A model generated the notes under the pieces. It saw nothing but the letters and a program-made list of their open reading frames with translations, did not search any database and had not been told where the DNA came from. Made by a program: the position numbers and the translations under genes. DNA of 60,723 nt, the filler included, from Sphacelaria rigidula (lineage: Eukaryota): the NCBI GenBank assembly GCA_964200075.2. It is 5 parts of 5 records of this genome, joined end to end, with 100 filler letters (N's around TTAATTAATTAA, not from the genome) between each part and the next. Parts side by side here need not be neighbours in the genome. Positions count along the whole stretch, not along the records: positions 1 to 12,067 come from CAXNAA020004165.1; positions 12,168 to 24,232 come from CAXNAA020004166.1; 3 more parts are not named here. One strand, written 5' to 3'. This document shows positions 1-12,721 of the stretch, piece by piece; positions within the stretch are counted from its first letter, which is position 1; every line of letters starts with the position of its first letter.

Positions 1-312
1 TGCTCCGTCCCGGCTTTGTAGGGATGCAAGGTCAACGGTCTGATGACTATGGCGTGCATGATCATGAGTACGCGCCGTGGTGTTTAAATGGTGAGAGACT
101 CACGAGGCAGTGTGAAACCCGTGGCTGTCTCTGGAAGTGGCGATACCAGACAGTGAAGCAACTCATTGGAGGTCGTCATCCATATGTAAGATGCTTAGTA
201 CGCTTCGAGCCGGACAATCTTAGCAGGATGCAACTCATCATTCATGTGACTCGCCGAACACATCACGGTGCTCCGCGCTTGGTGATTGATTGCGAGCCTG
301 GTCCGGCTAAAA
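1..312. repeat. Head-to-tail partial copies of the ~300-bp unclassified element
   Basis: 1-75 matches one end and 90-310 matches the other end of the 54366-54662 unit (reverse complement). Confidence 0.7.
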
Positions 313-544
313 CACGACCTGTTTCGGTCACCGGAGACGTCACCCAAACATCATACAGTATGCTGAAGATGAAACTTGATCGGGTTTTTTTTTCGAGGCA
401 TGTCCACGCGCGCTTCATACCTCGGTAGCTATTAAGGAGACTCTGACGGGAACTGTTTTAGCGTATGTTCAAACACGTAACACGTTTTTTTTTGTCCACG
501 GGTATACTCAAAACATTAAACGGTGCACAATGTTTGTGGAGCAG

Positions 545-3500
545 GTCAAGGACACCGGTGATTGCATAGGGACCTCAGCATCGCCCTCCTCCTTGGAAGA
601 TGGCAATGGTACTGCGGTGACACGGAAAGGGCGATGGGCGCGCAAGTATAAGGTATCGACTCTAACAAGACAAAACATAAAACGGACTACTGTTTTACCT
701 ACCGAATGTAGTTCCTAATGCTGTGCAACTCTGTACTACGTAGCGACCGCAGGTAATGGTGTGCATGAACATTGATGAACCCTGTGTGATGTCTTCTACA
801 TCTTGGCCCTGAGCTACACCTGAAGACCAAGACATTCGTAGACGAAGGCTGTTGTTCACATAACACCGTAACCTCTGCAAAATCTAGCGAACGTCTTTTT
901 CCATGCGAGCGACCAACTTCCGCTACAGTCGATTCGCTTTAAGCCTCTACTTCTCTGGAGACACAGGGACTCCCGCGATTTCCTCATGACCCGGCACTCA
1001 TGAGCCCGTGCAAAGGCCGTGTGTTGTGTGTTGTGATATCGTCCCTTTTATTCTGGGCGCCAGTCTACCCCTTTCGGGACATGTGGGCGCATCAGCCGGG
1101 GTCACACAGTAGGAAGGTCAACACAGGAGTTTTTTCACATTTTATTTGCTTTTAGTACCCACCTTCCTTCTGCGGTGCTTGCCTTTTTTTTTTTATCGCG
1201 AGAGGGCTTCAGCAGTCCCTTTCCCTCGTCGTGTAAGAGCAACAATTAGATTCCTCAGGTCGGAGTCTCCGCATCCCGACACAGCTGATTCAGCCGTAGG
1301 TAGTCAATCAACGTCGACGGTTCGGGCGCTGTGTTCGGTGGAAGCATTTCCTCTTGGAAATTTTCATGGCTTATGGTTGAATCCAGTGACATCTCAACTG
1401 TTGAACTGAGTCTTGAGTTCACGTTTGATCTTTCGCGTGAGTTCTCGTTTACGCCACTAGCATGCCTGTCTGAACTATAAGCGACTTCCGCTCTGCAGGT
1501 CAAGTGCGGATTTTGCGGGGGGAAATTTTGCCTGCGCTGCTCCGAGCAGTGCGCGCTTAGATGCAAGGGAGCCGCGGTGAGTTGGAGCAAACCCGCTCGT
1601 CGAAAAAGAAGCCACAATTCGAGTAGCGTCTTTCAGCGAACGCCAATCGCTGTCTAACGTCGTCGGCGACACAATGTTTGCATGATCACGCTCAAGCGAG
1701 GTGGTCACGATCGGGAAGACGGTTTGATGTCGAAAGTTCTACAGCGATGCGAACGACTTCGAGGACGCAACAGTCTCAAGCGGATGTTGTACGATTTTTG
1801 TGTATTTCTATCGCGGATCACACGATTACCCCCAAGAGCGGTGCATGGGCATAAGGAGCGTTATAGTGTACGCGACGAGTGTTGTAAAGTTTAAATTTTG
1901 CCCAGAACAAGCGTAAAGTCGGGGAGCTACCCAGGTGGTGTCATTTAGTGCACATGCTCGATTTGCTCTTGTTGTGTGTTCGCACCAGATCCACGGCCTC
2001 CACTCGCACTGGATTACGGACTCGATCATCGCCATGCAGAGGCCAAGCACCATGCTGATCAAGACCTACGGAATTGTCGGGCAGCTCAAAAGGTGGCAAA
2101 AAAAACGCATTGCATCTTGCACCCGGCTAACCGCGCTTGTGAGATCGCTGTGTAGTGTCGCAACATTGCATTATAATAGTAGCCAACATAGAGGGGCGCT
2201 GTTGCAACACATGTCACATAAGCTCTAGCGCAGAAATGAGCCAAACGCGTACAGTCGTTTCACCATGCTTCTCGACTGATGGTGTAGCACGGGCACGACG
2301 ACGTTGCGAAATGCATGGAATGAGACCGGTTTGCTGCGACACATCTTGTGAAGGCCCCCAGCAATTCTAACTGGCGTAGTTTTGCGTTATGTTACTACAG
2401 ACTTGGTCGTACGATGCACTACACATGGATTCCTTTCCAACTCCTCATGCCCCATAGGGCATGATCCAATCGTAGTGTGTGTCCAGGAGTCGCTGTGCCT
2501 TTCATTTGACTTGATTTAACGGTGCGATTGCTCCGTCAACGTCCAAGACCCACGTGGGAAGACGAGTTTGGGGTTTAACCATTGGAGTATGGTCGTGGCT
2601 TGTGCGTGGCCTATTGGAGCAGGGAGGGTGTGGCAGCAATATTTAACCTCACCGAGGCCGGGGAGCATCCGTACTGTGGGCATGGGCTGGAGGAGAGCAG
2701 CGGGTTCCCTTATCTGCCGGAGATCTTCATGAAGGAACGAAGTGAGCCTGCTCCTCGACAACAAGTATTACCGACGTCTGCAAAGCCGACACAGCTCGAG
2801 ACCATACATAGCGTTCCTGAGCGCCCCTTCCTTCACGACGAAGCGACCGTGAAGCCGTCTCCGTACTTTGTGTGCCCAGACGTTTGAGAACGAATCGGCG
2901 CTGTGGAGCCGCTCGAAGCTTGAGTTTCTCTAGATACGAAAGGGTTTTGCGAGGCCGTCGCTTCTTGTTTCTCGATTACAGCAGGACCACCGACAAATGC
3001 AGAAAAAAATATTCGAGTGTTTGTCGGCGCAGTGCTCTTCGCAGCTTTGGCCGTGGAGCATGCTCCGGCACTGACAGTTCCGATCACAGACTGCTATCTA
3101 CATGTATGCTCTATACCCAGGTGACCGCACGCCTCTGCTCCCACCCCATCCGTGCCTCCCTTTGCGACCACACGCGGTGGTGCAGTCTACTTCTTCAACT
3201 TCGCTTGGGAGGACATGACCACTCCACCCCTGTCTTTGCTCACGGATATCGTGCGAGTCGCCGTGTCATACTTGACAGCGAATGGGAAAGTGAGCGAGGT
3301 CTTGTGGTGCACTTGAGACTGCATGTGGTCGTTGTCTCTCATTGTCTTGTGAATGTACTCAAAGTAGCAGCAGTAGTAGTAGTAGTTATTTCGAGCTTTT
3401 GTCACTAATAGACTTGACTTGCTCCGGTACCCCTTTTTCGCCGCTTCACGGGTAACTTTGAGCTATTTCATCACCAAGTAAGCTTCGATCTTGAGGTTTT

Positions 3501-6467
3501 GTCGCCAAGTGTAGCCTGGGACAAACGATGGCGTACAACACAGTGATCCGCAGAAAGGTAGAACCACTCGAATCTTGTGCTATTCGACGTCGGAAGGTAG
3601 ATCCATGTTGCCCCCCATCATCCACACCCGTCACATCTTTTAACCTCATTTTCCACGGTGCTCTAAAGATATGCGCATCGAGTCTATCAGAATGGAGCGA
3701 AGCACCTAAACGTTTACGCGACGACCCATCGTTTCGAGGCGGCTGTTGCTAGGAAAAGTGCAAAATCATGATTTTCTCACCCACCGGCGGCGCAAGCGTG
3801 GAATAGTGTCCTTTTGGTATACGAATCACAAACGCTGCAGTTAGTCCACCCTGTGATGAGACACAGACAAAGCGTGCTAGTCACCACGCCTCCACAACAA
3901 TACGCTTGTGCTCTTTGCAAAACAAATTCCAGATCGCCGTGCACTGTCATGCCGGGTATGGACGAACAGGACTGGTGATCGCGAGCATACTCGTCTTCAC
4001 CGAGAACCTAACGGCTGACCAAGCGGTGGCCTTAGTCAGGGAACGGAGACCAGGTTCCGTTCAGACCCCGGCTCAGGTAAACCCGCAAAAAGTGAGAATA
4101 GGAGCAGCAGTGCGCACCACCTCCAAAGCCAAAGCTATAGCACGCCACAGTAATCCACTCAAAATCTGGGTCCGTCGTCAAGGGTCAGCTTGGCTTGGTT
4201 ATTTCCCGTAGGGCCGCGAAGCTTCTTTTCGGAACAATATCGATGGCTGACCGTCAACGTCAGTAACCTCTGACGCTACGCAGCTAAGGAGCCATTCTCT
4301 ATTTGGAAGCATAACCCCCGATAATAGTATACCGTGCATTCTGTCGTTCAGAGTCCCTGATCCATGTAATGTTACATACACGAAAGCAGCTGTTTTCCGT
4401 ATGCAGTATTTCAACGGTCGGACGAAATATTGATTTGTCTAAAAGTTGGTTGTGTTTAGTGTAATTGCGTCGCACCGTAAGAATCAAATTCTTGGGCTTT
4501 GTTCTCAGTGTTGCACTTCAGGTACGCGCATCCCAGGTACGTGAAACAGCGAAAAGTTTGCCTTGATATGGTTTTGACCCGCGGTCGACGTTGTTTCTCT
4601 TTTTGGAGCACTCAGGCCTCAAAAATAGAAAATTGGTGATGGGAATCAGCCATGGCTCGTCCGAACCTTAGTATGTTTCCGGTGCTCGATCTCGGGTCGA
4701 GAAGCGATGTCTCGCTGCGAAGGGGGAAAGAGGATGATGACCCCGGGAAAAATCCCCCACCTTGGCGGCACATTGGGGTGGTGGCGTAGGGGGGCGAGGG
4801 CAAGGGGCTTCTGATTCTGTATCATGGAGGATTTTGCAGTTTTCTTCAGTTCACCTCATTGTCAAGCTCGAAAAATCGGGAAACAAATATCCCCTCCTTG
4901 CCACGTTAATGACGTCGATACTGTATGGATTTTGATCGGAATGCTTACTATTCCACGGAAGGCTGAAGCCCGATTCGAGCGGATGCACCGCACGCTTGCT
5001 TCTGAGTACCGCTGTTTTTGGAGGTCATTTCTCATGTTTAAACCGTTGATGGTCACTATGTCCGTGGCCCACTGAGAAGGTTATTCAGCAGTGCGCTTCA
5101 TCAGACTGTCATAGGTCGCTTCAATACCGCCAGCGCATCACTTTTTTTCCCCTTCTTCTCTTTTGTCGCCGGTTTCAGAACAGTATTTGTCCTCGATGTA
5201 CTCTATTAGCCGCAACAGGAGGCAAACTTGCACCCGTCTAGTTCTCCATTGAAAAACAATCTTCGGGAGACGTTGGGTGCTAGTTTCCCTGCTGTGCTCT
5301 ACATGACAAGTTTCGCGTAGAACACCAGTAGAGACATATGTTTGCTGGGTGGCGTTCTTTATTTTTACCGTGGAAGCAGGTGGCCATTGTTACGGAGTTT
5401 GCGAATTATGTTAGGGGCGTTCGTGTCGTGTACCACTTCACGGACTATGCGCGGGTGACGCTTGGACAGTACCTCACGCAGCAGGTCAGTCAAGGTCTCC
5501 GAGTAGCAGGTCAAACATATCCTGGACATTTGGGTGGGGTGGCTTGTTCGTCAGAATTTCCAGAGGTCGCCTTCGGTGTAATACCGTAACTAGCTCCGGT
5601 CGCGTGAGCCTGTGTAAGGGTCAAACGTCGATCAAACGTGGGTCGAACATGTTTATTGTAGGAATATTTGATTACTTCGTATGCTTTCGTAGTCATGATT
5701 GCAAGGGTCGGAAAAATAGTGATTCGTCTGGAAATTACTTGGATTTAGCATAATTGATTCGACTCGTACGAATCAATCCCTAGGCTTTGTTTTCAGNNNN
5801 NNNNNNCAGGTACACGCAGCCCAGACATGTGGAATGGCGCAAAAGTTGCGTGGATACCCCTTGGACCAGCGGTCATCTTTTTTCTCCCTTTTGAGCAACC
5901 AGGCCGAAGAAGTCGTGGATTTGGTGATTTGAACCGGCGATGATTCGTCCTAACCGTGCATGATTGCTTTTGATCCCTTGATCGATTGGTTGTCGCACTT
6001 TGACTGAACCCGCAGGGACCCAGCCGTGGTCGCATGATGATATGTTGGAGCATCGGGCGTGTTTTGCTTGCACCTCGTTTTTGTTCAGTTTTCTCCGCTT
6101 GTTCTATCTTCCTTCATGTCACCATATTCTCGAGTTTCCTTCAGCGAGCTTAGCATTTCGTTTTGGTTACCTTGGGTACGTCTAGCTTGTGGATAATGAC
6201 TAATCACGGCTGCATCCCCTCGGGAATCAGTTAACGTGCGCCGATCTATCGAATCGAATCAAGTCAGATCAAACATATCAAGGGTAGCGTCACGGCAAAC
6301 GCAGCCAAAGGGTCGAATAGCCTCTGTGCAACCTGACCTTGGGCATCGCGGTGATGCCGCATGCCATGTCGCGCCTAAGGGTTTCTTGCTGCACGGTGCT
6401 GAGAGCCAAGCGTTGCGCTGGCTGCCGAAGGCTGTCGCTGTGGCTACGAAAGTGCTCGTTAATATCG
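545..6467 (+). CDS. PTPDC1: PTPDC1-like dual-specificity protein tyrosine phosphatase, multi-exon (exons 545-652, 1499-1576, 1989-2092, 2623-2741, 3186-3289, 3933-4076, 5380-5484, 6380-6467); 5' and 3' ends uncertain
   Basis: GT-AG exons splice in consistent phase to ...VKCGFCGGKFCLRC...IHGLHSHWITDSIIAMQRPS...EGVAAIFNLTEAGEHPYCGHGLEESSGFPYLPE...YFFNFAWEDM...GKIAVHCHAGYGRTG...VRERRPGSVQT...VTLGQYLTQQGFLLHG...LPK. This is colinear with the PTPDC1 family from recall (SSW-T-NILAM-RP, GEH-SCG, F-FGW-D, HCHAGxGRTG P-loop, RP-S-QT, TL-QYL-RQ-LLHG). The 545-652 exon is less certain. Confidence 0.92.
1017..1231 (-). mobile_element. 5'-truncated copy of the tRNA-SINE (PTPDC1 intron)
   Basis: Reverse complement aligns with ~52870-53073, including the CAACACA tail. 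Confidence 0.75.
5702..5958. mobile_element. ~255-bp MITE family A (copies 4412-4668, 5702-5958, 13677-13927, 18073-18330, 60578-60723)
   Basis: Imperfect TIRs CAAGGGTCGGA...TCC(G/T)AACCGTG and a shared interior (GGAATGGCGCAAAAGTTGCGTGG) across three contigs. Confidence 0.8.
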
Positions 6468-7548
6468 GTGAGATACTGCGCTTGTGAGTGATAGTGCCTC
6501 GTCCTTCTTGGTGAATGGATCACTCGACCACTCTGTTCTCATCGAGAGCTCATACTTTAACTACTCGCGCTAGCCTGAAGTTTACACATATATGTTGGTC
6601 AGCCTTGGTTGGCGTATTGCACCGGTGTAGAAATCCAACCAGCACTATTCAGGTATTCCTTACTTAGCCCATCCACTCGGTCATCGTCGGGTTGAGCTAT
6701 ACATTCGTGGCCAAATGTGTCTCTGACGTTCGCGCACAGCAGGAATTCCCCTTCGACGTTTTTTCCAAGTTAAGCAGGTCCATGACGCTAGAGCAGTGTC
6801 CCGGTGATCGAAAATTGGCCTGTGAAAGCTAGTTTGGCCGTTTTGTGTGGATTCGAACCCCGGCACTATACTGAATACCTCCTTCTGCTTTCCGAAGTCC
6901 AAAAATATGAAACGGTCAGTTGGTAGCAAGTAGTGACAGTTGGTCATCGTCGGCGGACCACGGGAGCGGTTAACTCAATTGTCGATGATAAATCAGGCTG
7001 CAAGTACATCGGGGAGAGTCTCGTCCTGGTGAAAGGAAAGGGGCCAGTAGTGCGGCACGAGACCGACAGGAGTTAATTGGTGCGCGTGTCGAGCACAAAC
7101 GCAAGTTCTGAGCGAAGAGGGGCTCATGGAACTTATTCTCTTGTGCAACTTGGTACTGTGGGGGCAGTGTACCGACGGCGGTGCGGGGTAGACCTGCACA
7201 TGCGACGGTGCGATTTGGCCGAACATGTGGAGCATCTGAAGCGTCCTCCCATGGTTCAGCGAGGGTGTCGACGGTTGCCCAAAGCAACGGGTTTCATGAG
7301 TGTGATGTGCAACGACAACTTCTTCACGTGTTCCTCCGTGGCTAATATATAGTCCTACCGTCTACGCCACTGTAAGCTGTGACGAAAATACGCCGTTACG
7401 TTGAGTTGGTAGTGATGATATGGATAATGACCGGGGGGCACGGAGATTCTGGAGGGTTGTAGACAATGACCGTGGGCACGGATATGGTATCTGCAGGTTT
7501 TGCTGGTGCCCTGGAAGGTCACTCCTGAATAATGGGGATGTTGTAAAG

Positions 7549-8732
7549 GCTGAAAACTGAAACTGAGCCCAGTAAGACTGGGGAGTCCCTCAACAGCAGT
7601 GATCCAACAGTGCTTCCACTGGCTGGCATCACAGAACCAGGCTTCGCTAGGGGTGATACAGTAGAGTTATGGGTTCCGAAGAAGAACGTTGTCGTACCCT
7701 GCTGCCGAAGGATTTCCAAAGCGAGGCGTGATTTTCTCTTGAGTCGTTTAGGCAAGGATTTGGCCGTAGCCGATGATAGGCAAGAAAAAGTATGTAGTAA
7801 GGCCGGTAAGGCACAGTACCAACACGTCGCTGAGCATTGATAATCAACACCATTCCGCCGTTTCCCAGTACTCTCTTCTATCTCAAGCAACGTCTCCAAA
7901 GTAGTTTTTTTCAAAGCATTATACTTCCTGCCCCTCTCCTTACTGCGGGATATCTTGAAAGATACCTACACCCTGCGCCGCCAAGTACCCTGCTCTGAAT
8001 GCTGTCCGAATATAAATTATTTCCCAGCGCGGGACAGACCGCAAGCGGTGGTTCAAGCGCTTATCGGCGTCCGCGCCAATCCGGCCGACACAGAGAAAGG
8101 GTAAGTCAACCAGTTTATTATACCTCTATCGGTCACCCTTAATCTTGCAACCACCTGAAAAGCCCCTGCCGTCACTCGAGGACGCCAACCTTGCAAAGTT
8201 CCATCAAGTGGGGTATGTGCAAAGGCGGGGTATACGTACAGGGTATCCTATTTCCCTCCGTGTGCCAGCTCGATGGGGACAAAACCATCATTTCGAGCAC
8301 TAGATTCTCGCGCCTGAAACATGATTCATATGTACATATATAAACCGGTATATACTACTCTCCCACAAAGCTGGGCGTTGCGAAAGGAAGTGCTGACAAA
8401 TAGTGAGATGAGACAAGTTATTGGCAATTGATTTTGTGAGGATATGAGCTTCAAAGCTTATAATAGAGCTTCGAAGAATAGTACCGATCCAAATGTATCA
8501 AAAGTGGGCACGTGATTGACCATTATTTTTTGCGGCCTGGTGGTCCTCAGATGTCATTAAAACTGTTCATTGTTGACTTGCGTCTTGACGGATGTGCCTT
8601 AACTCGGCAGCGAAGGCCAGGAAGGCGTGCCGCTTTGGGGAATGCAGCAGGAGCAGCAGGTGAAGAGTCTGCAGTGTGCTTGCAACGGAAACGACTGGAG
8701 CGGGTGGATGTGTATGCTGGAGCGTAGCGAAG
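7549..8732 (+). CDS. Probable further 3' exons of the PTPDC1-like gene (approx. 7549-7724 and 8611-8732)
   Basis: Open, AG-preceded segments (LKTETEPSKTGESL...RISKA; EGQEGVPLWGMQQEQQVKSLQCACNGNDWSGWMCMLERSE) are phase-compatible with each other only via a GC donor. The linking exon from 6467 was not resolved. Confidence 0.35.
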
Positions 8733-10182
8733 GTGGAGGGGCAGAGATGGTTGATCCGAGGTAAAACAGGGTAATATCGCCGGTTTCTGTTCTTATTTTC
8801 CGAATTGTATGTCTGCAATCCTCCTGGAAAGATTGGTTCTGTCATTAGAATCGACCGCACTATAGTCGAAGTACCCGGCGATGAGCGAGTCTTTGAACTA
8901 TTTCATCATACAAGCCATGGAGGAGGCTGACGCCGATAAGGTGCCACAGCCCAATATCTCCCGTCAAGTGAAGCCAGCCTCTAACTGACCCGCCCTCGTG
9001 TTTCTCTTCTAACTTCGTCCCACTGCTTTGGACCACTATAACACGACATTTACTTTGTGGCTACGGAGCCATTCCGCCTTATCCGAACCATTTCGCTTCT
9101 CGGACCGTCCGTTTCTGCGGTTGCGCGCTTAGCTGACCCGGCCAGATTGCCCTCTATGTTGTATTTGATATCCACAACGCGGAAATGCACGCCGCATCAC
9201 TTCACCCTAACACTGGCCCACCGCCCCATAAAGATGTGACTGCTAGATACGAGTTCACGTGCTCCCTCCCAGCGTGCTAGTTTAGTTTTGAGTCAAACAC
9301 TTGTTCATTGATCGTCTCCGAGGCCGCTCAGTGAGAACACCCGATGGCTGTTTAATCACGGGTACGTACTTCAAATTGTACAACTTCTTCATGTATCCCT
9401 GTGCTTATGAGCTACATGTCCACGTATCTCGTATCTCCGCTGAAGCCCGTGATGGTGGCGGCCTGGATCGCACTGCGATGATGGCACGCACGCAGTGTTG
9501 CGTTCGGTGGTAATCCCGGCTTCCCCAAGATACCGCGACTACGCAAACGGTATCTTCGCTCTGCACCATGACTCTCCGCCTCAAAACTAGTCATTTTCTT
9601 TTATATTGCGCTTTGAGCCCCTCGCCTTCCTCGGGACGAATCCGTGGTCCGTCTCAAAGGATCCACGCATCTCCCCGGTGAACGCCTTACATTTGTGTCT
9701 CGCGAATCGGGTCAGCACGCACTCCCGCACCGCTTCAATTCTCGTTGACGCAAACTCAGTGAACTTATTTTTGTCTACGCACGTACTCACGCTTTCGACA
9801 GTGGAGATCTAACAATCCGAAGAAGAAAAAACCCAACGCAATGCGTATCGAACCCACTTTTCCCCCCACCCTAGTGGTGACAGCCGGGCCATCACACCAC
9901 CGTGTGCTGCACGCAATGTGACAAACTACTGCACTTGGGATCTCCAGACGATGGGTGAGTTTTTCAGCAATAGCGGCAAGTCCGTCACAATTCAACGCTT
10001 TCCCCAATTCCGTTTGCCCAGTCGGATTTCGAAGAGTATTGGACGGTTTCTAGGCAGTCGCTGGTGTCGCCGACACCTCCGAGGTAGTGTAGGGCACACG
10101 TTGAGGGTCGCGGCGAGGTAACGAAGAAAATATGGAGTCGCCACCGATGCCTCAGGGAAAGGGAAGCGGCATAACCTCCTAC

Positions 10183-10440
10183 GACACTTTCTACGATAGC
10201 CCCCCCCCCCCCAAAAAAAAAGTGCATGGTTTTGAGAGGCAAAATGTTCACGTAAATCGAAATGGAAAAAGCCAAGCGCAACGAGCAGCTGGGAATTTTC
10301 ACGCTTGGGTTCGTTTTTAGCCAATGTCGCCAAAATGAGGCGATTCATGCAGCCTGAACCCAATAATCAGGCGCTGTATGATCATTTTTTTCGTGACACT
10401 TTTGGGCTGGTTTTAGGGGGGGGCTATCGTAGAAATTGTC
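10183..10440. mobile_element. MITE family B with TIR GACACTTTCTACGATAGCCCCC; relatives at ~27345-27597, 30195-30440, 57134-57275
   Basis: TIR pair GACACTTTCTACGATAGCCCC / GGGGCTATCGTAGAAATTGTC, flanked by CTAC on both sides (candidate 4-bp TSD). Confidence 0.8.
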
Positions 10441-10903
10441 CTACCTAGTTCGCGAACACCGTTGGAGGACCACGAGCTTCCCAAGAATCATCGCATGCGG
10501 ACAGCGGGATGTGTCCGTTCCTTTCATGCTCCTCGCGAATTGAAAGACCCCGCGCTCGGGTAGAGTGGTGCACCGGTTTGGCGTGCGTCGACGGAAACCA
10601 GGCCATCCACAACGACGGCGGAATCCACGTAAAGCTGTTGATCCGGGGTAGTCTTGTCCTTGCCCATGGTGGCGTGGACTCCGAGTAGATTGTTTTGGCA
10701 CGCTCAGGTCTCGTCCCTCATACTCCCTAGTAGGAGGGTGCACATGTTTTGCATCTCGCCGTCGTTACCAGTGATGAAGGTGTCGTCCGCGGAAGACGGG
10801 AGAACGGCGCGAGGAACGGCGACGCGTCCGTCCTTGTTTCAGCGGCATTACGTGCACTCGTCGAAGTTCCTGTTGCTTCACCCCTGCACGAGGATAGTCT
10901 GCC

Positions 10904-11100
10904 TTGATTTGATTTGATTTGATTTGATTTGATTTGATTTGATTGTCGCACTTTAACTGACCCCCCAGGTAGTCATGATCCAGCCGTGGTCTCACGATAG
11001 ACGTACCCAAGACAAAACAAAACTGAAACACTCGCTGGAGAAAAGAAGGATCAGAAAAAATACTCGAACAGAACGACATAGTAGACTTGGACGTAAAAAA
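10904..11100 (-). mobile_element. 3' end of a non-LTR retroposon with (CAAAT)n tail; family also at ~5970-6045(-), 14145-14250(-), 18340-18470(+), 36978-37048(-), 49427-49560(-), 57280-57540(+)
   Basis: Conserved GGGTACGTCTATC.TG.GACCACGGCTGG...CAGTTAA.GTGCGAC immediately followed by a microsatellite tail, with variable 5' truncation. Confidence 0.75.
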
Positions 11101-12067
11101 ATAAGAAAAATAGTAAGAAAAAAAGTCAACAGCCTTACCCCCCAGAAACGCTGCAGTGTGGACTGTTTTCGGCGTGACACACAGTATTTACACATGTACT
11201 ATTCACAATACAGCACTAGTACTAGAGCTCTGAAATTTGACAGCGGTGTATTGAAGACAGCCCCACTATCCACCAACCGAACATTTTGCGAACAACACAG
11301 CCACGCTTCAGAGTCAGAAGCGGCTCCCGGCATTGTATCTGTGCGATATTTACGTGTGTTGGGATTGACTTCGTCCACAGCAAGCGCCTTATCCGTTGTC
11401 ACAACCCTATACCCTATACCCTATAACCCTATCACTATTGTCGTGTGCCGGCTGTATAGGCAGGGAAGGCCTGGTTGGGTAGATAGTACCCTTCTCGTCG
11501 GCGGGCCTACGCCCACCAACTGTTCCGCCGCTTGATTGCCGTGGAGGCAAATGCAGAATACGGACAGCGGCGGGAACATATTCTCGTGTGCCCGCAGGGT
11601 AGTTACTTGCCACCGTTACAAAAAGAGATGATCGTAACGTCACCTACGGTATACGCTGTCACCACCGGCAGGTCGGGATAGGGGTGCGTGCATCGTGAAG
11701 CCATTGCTATATTGGTCGGTCTCGGCGTCCTTACTTAACCCTTCCCCTGACTGTCACACGTGTTTGGCTCTGCGGTGTGTTTTGTGTGCGGGCTGACCTG
11801 CTCCCCGGAAAGCCCAAGTAGGAACCAGTGATTTGGCGCAGCCGCTCTGTACTAAAATCGCAGGAATTCACCCCGAAAGCGGTCGGGATTAGCAACCAAT
11901 TTGTTCTCAAACGTACACACACACGTCGGGTGACGTATGGGTTCATCATTTTTTTGGCATGCTTAACCTCGTTTTTATTTCTTATTTTAGTGGCATTTTT
12001 GGGAGGGGGCGTACTCATTTGTTGCTTGCCTTAGTCGTTTGACCATTGACCACGCATCCTTTTCGAG

Positions 12068-12167
12068 NNNNNNNNNNNNNNNNNNNNNNNNNNNNNNNNN
12101 NNNNNNNNNNNTTAATTAATTAANNNNNNNNNNNNNNNNNNNNNNNNNNNNNNNNNNNNNNNNNNNN
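12068..12167. other. Artificial contig spacer N44-TTAATTAATTAA-N44 (also 24233-24332, 36397-36496, 48561-48660)
   Basis: Identical 100-nt pads carrying stop codons in all six frames. Confidence 0.98.
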
Positions 12168-12205
12168 GGGGCGTGGGGGGCTGGGCGTGGCGGCGGGGTG
12201 CGGGT

Positions 12206-12248
<43 letters not shown>

Positions 12249-12409
12249 AGCACGAGGAGATGTAGCAGAAGGAGGAGTGAAAGTATATGGCAGGGGTTGT
12301 AGTGTAACGAGGATACAGCAGGACGGGTGAGTAAGTTGTACCAAAATAATCGCCGCCTCACCTGACCTTTTGTTGTGATTTATTCACACGTGGGACAACT
12401 CATGAGCTA

Positions 12410-12655
12410 CCTCAGTTATGCTGTAAAACTCACCCGCCCGAAAATAATCACCGCTGAGTTATCTTCTTTAACTCACCCGGCCAGGATATGCCCCGCCGAG
12501 TTGTCTTCTTCAAATTACCCGGCCAGAATATGCACCACTGAGTTATCTTCTATAACTCACCCGACCAGAATGTGCGCTGCTGAGTTATGGAGTAAAGCTC
12601 ACCAAGCCAGAATGTGCACCGCTGAGCTATGCTGCTCTAACTCACAGGTGAGTTA
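12410..12655. repeat. ~42-bp minisatellite, ~5-6 units
   Basis: Consensus AACTCACCCGGCCAGAATATGCACCGCTGAGTTATCTTCT. Confidence 0.8.
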
Positions 12656-12721
12656 CACGGAAAATATTCTTCTCGTGTTAGCCTGAATTGAGTTGTCCGA
12701 TGTGTGGAACGGATCCTGCAG

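Noticed and set aside
36..120. CTGATGA followed by a stem, suggesting a hammerhead ribozyme
   Set aside because: No GAAA directly after the stem, and CTGATGA is not conserved in the 54366-54662 copy.
2872..3408. 178-aa ORF as an independent gene
   Set aside because: It overlaps a PTPDC1 exon that is read in another frame; the remainder is intron.
12112..12250. TTAATTAATTAA motif and poly-G/poly-Pro ORFs
   Set aside because: Assembly spacer and homopolymer contig end.
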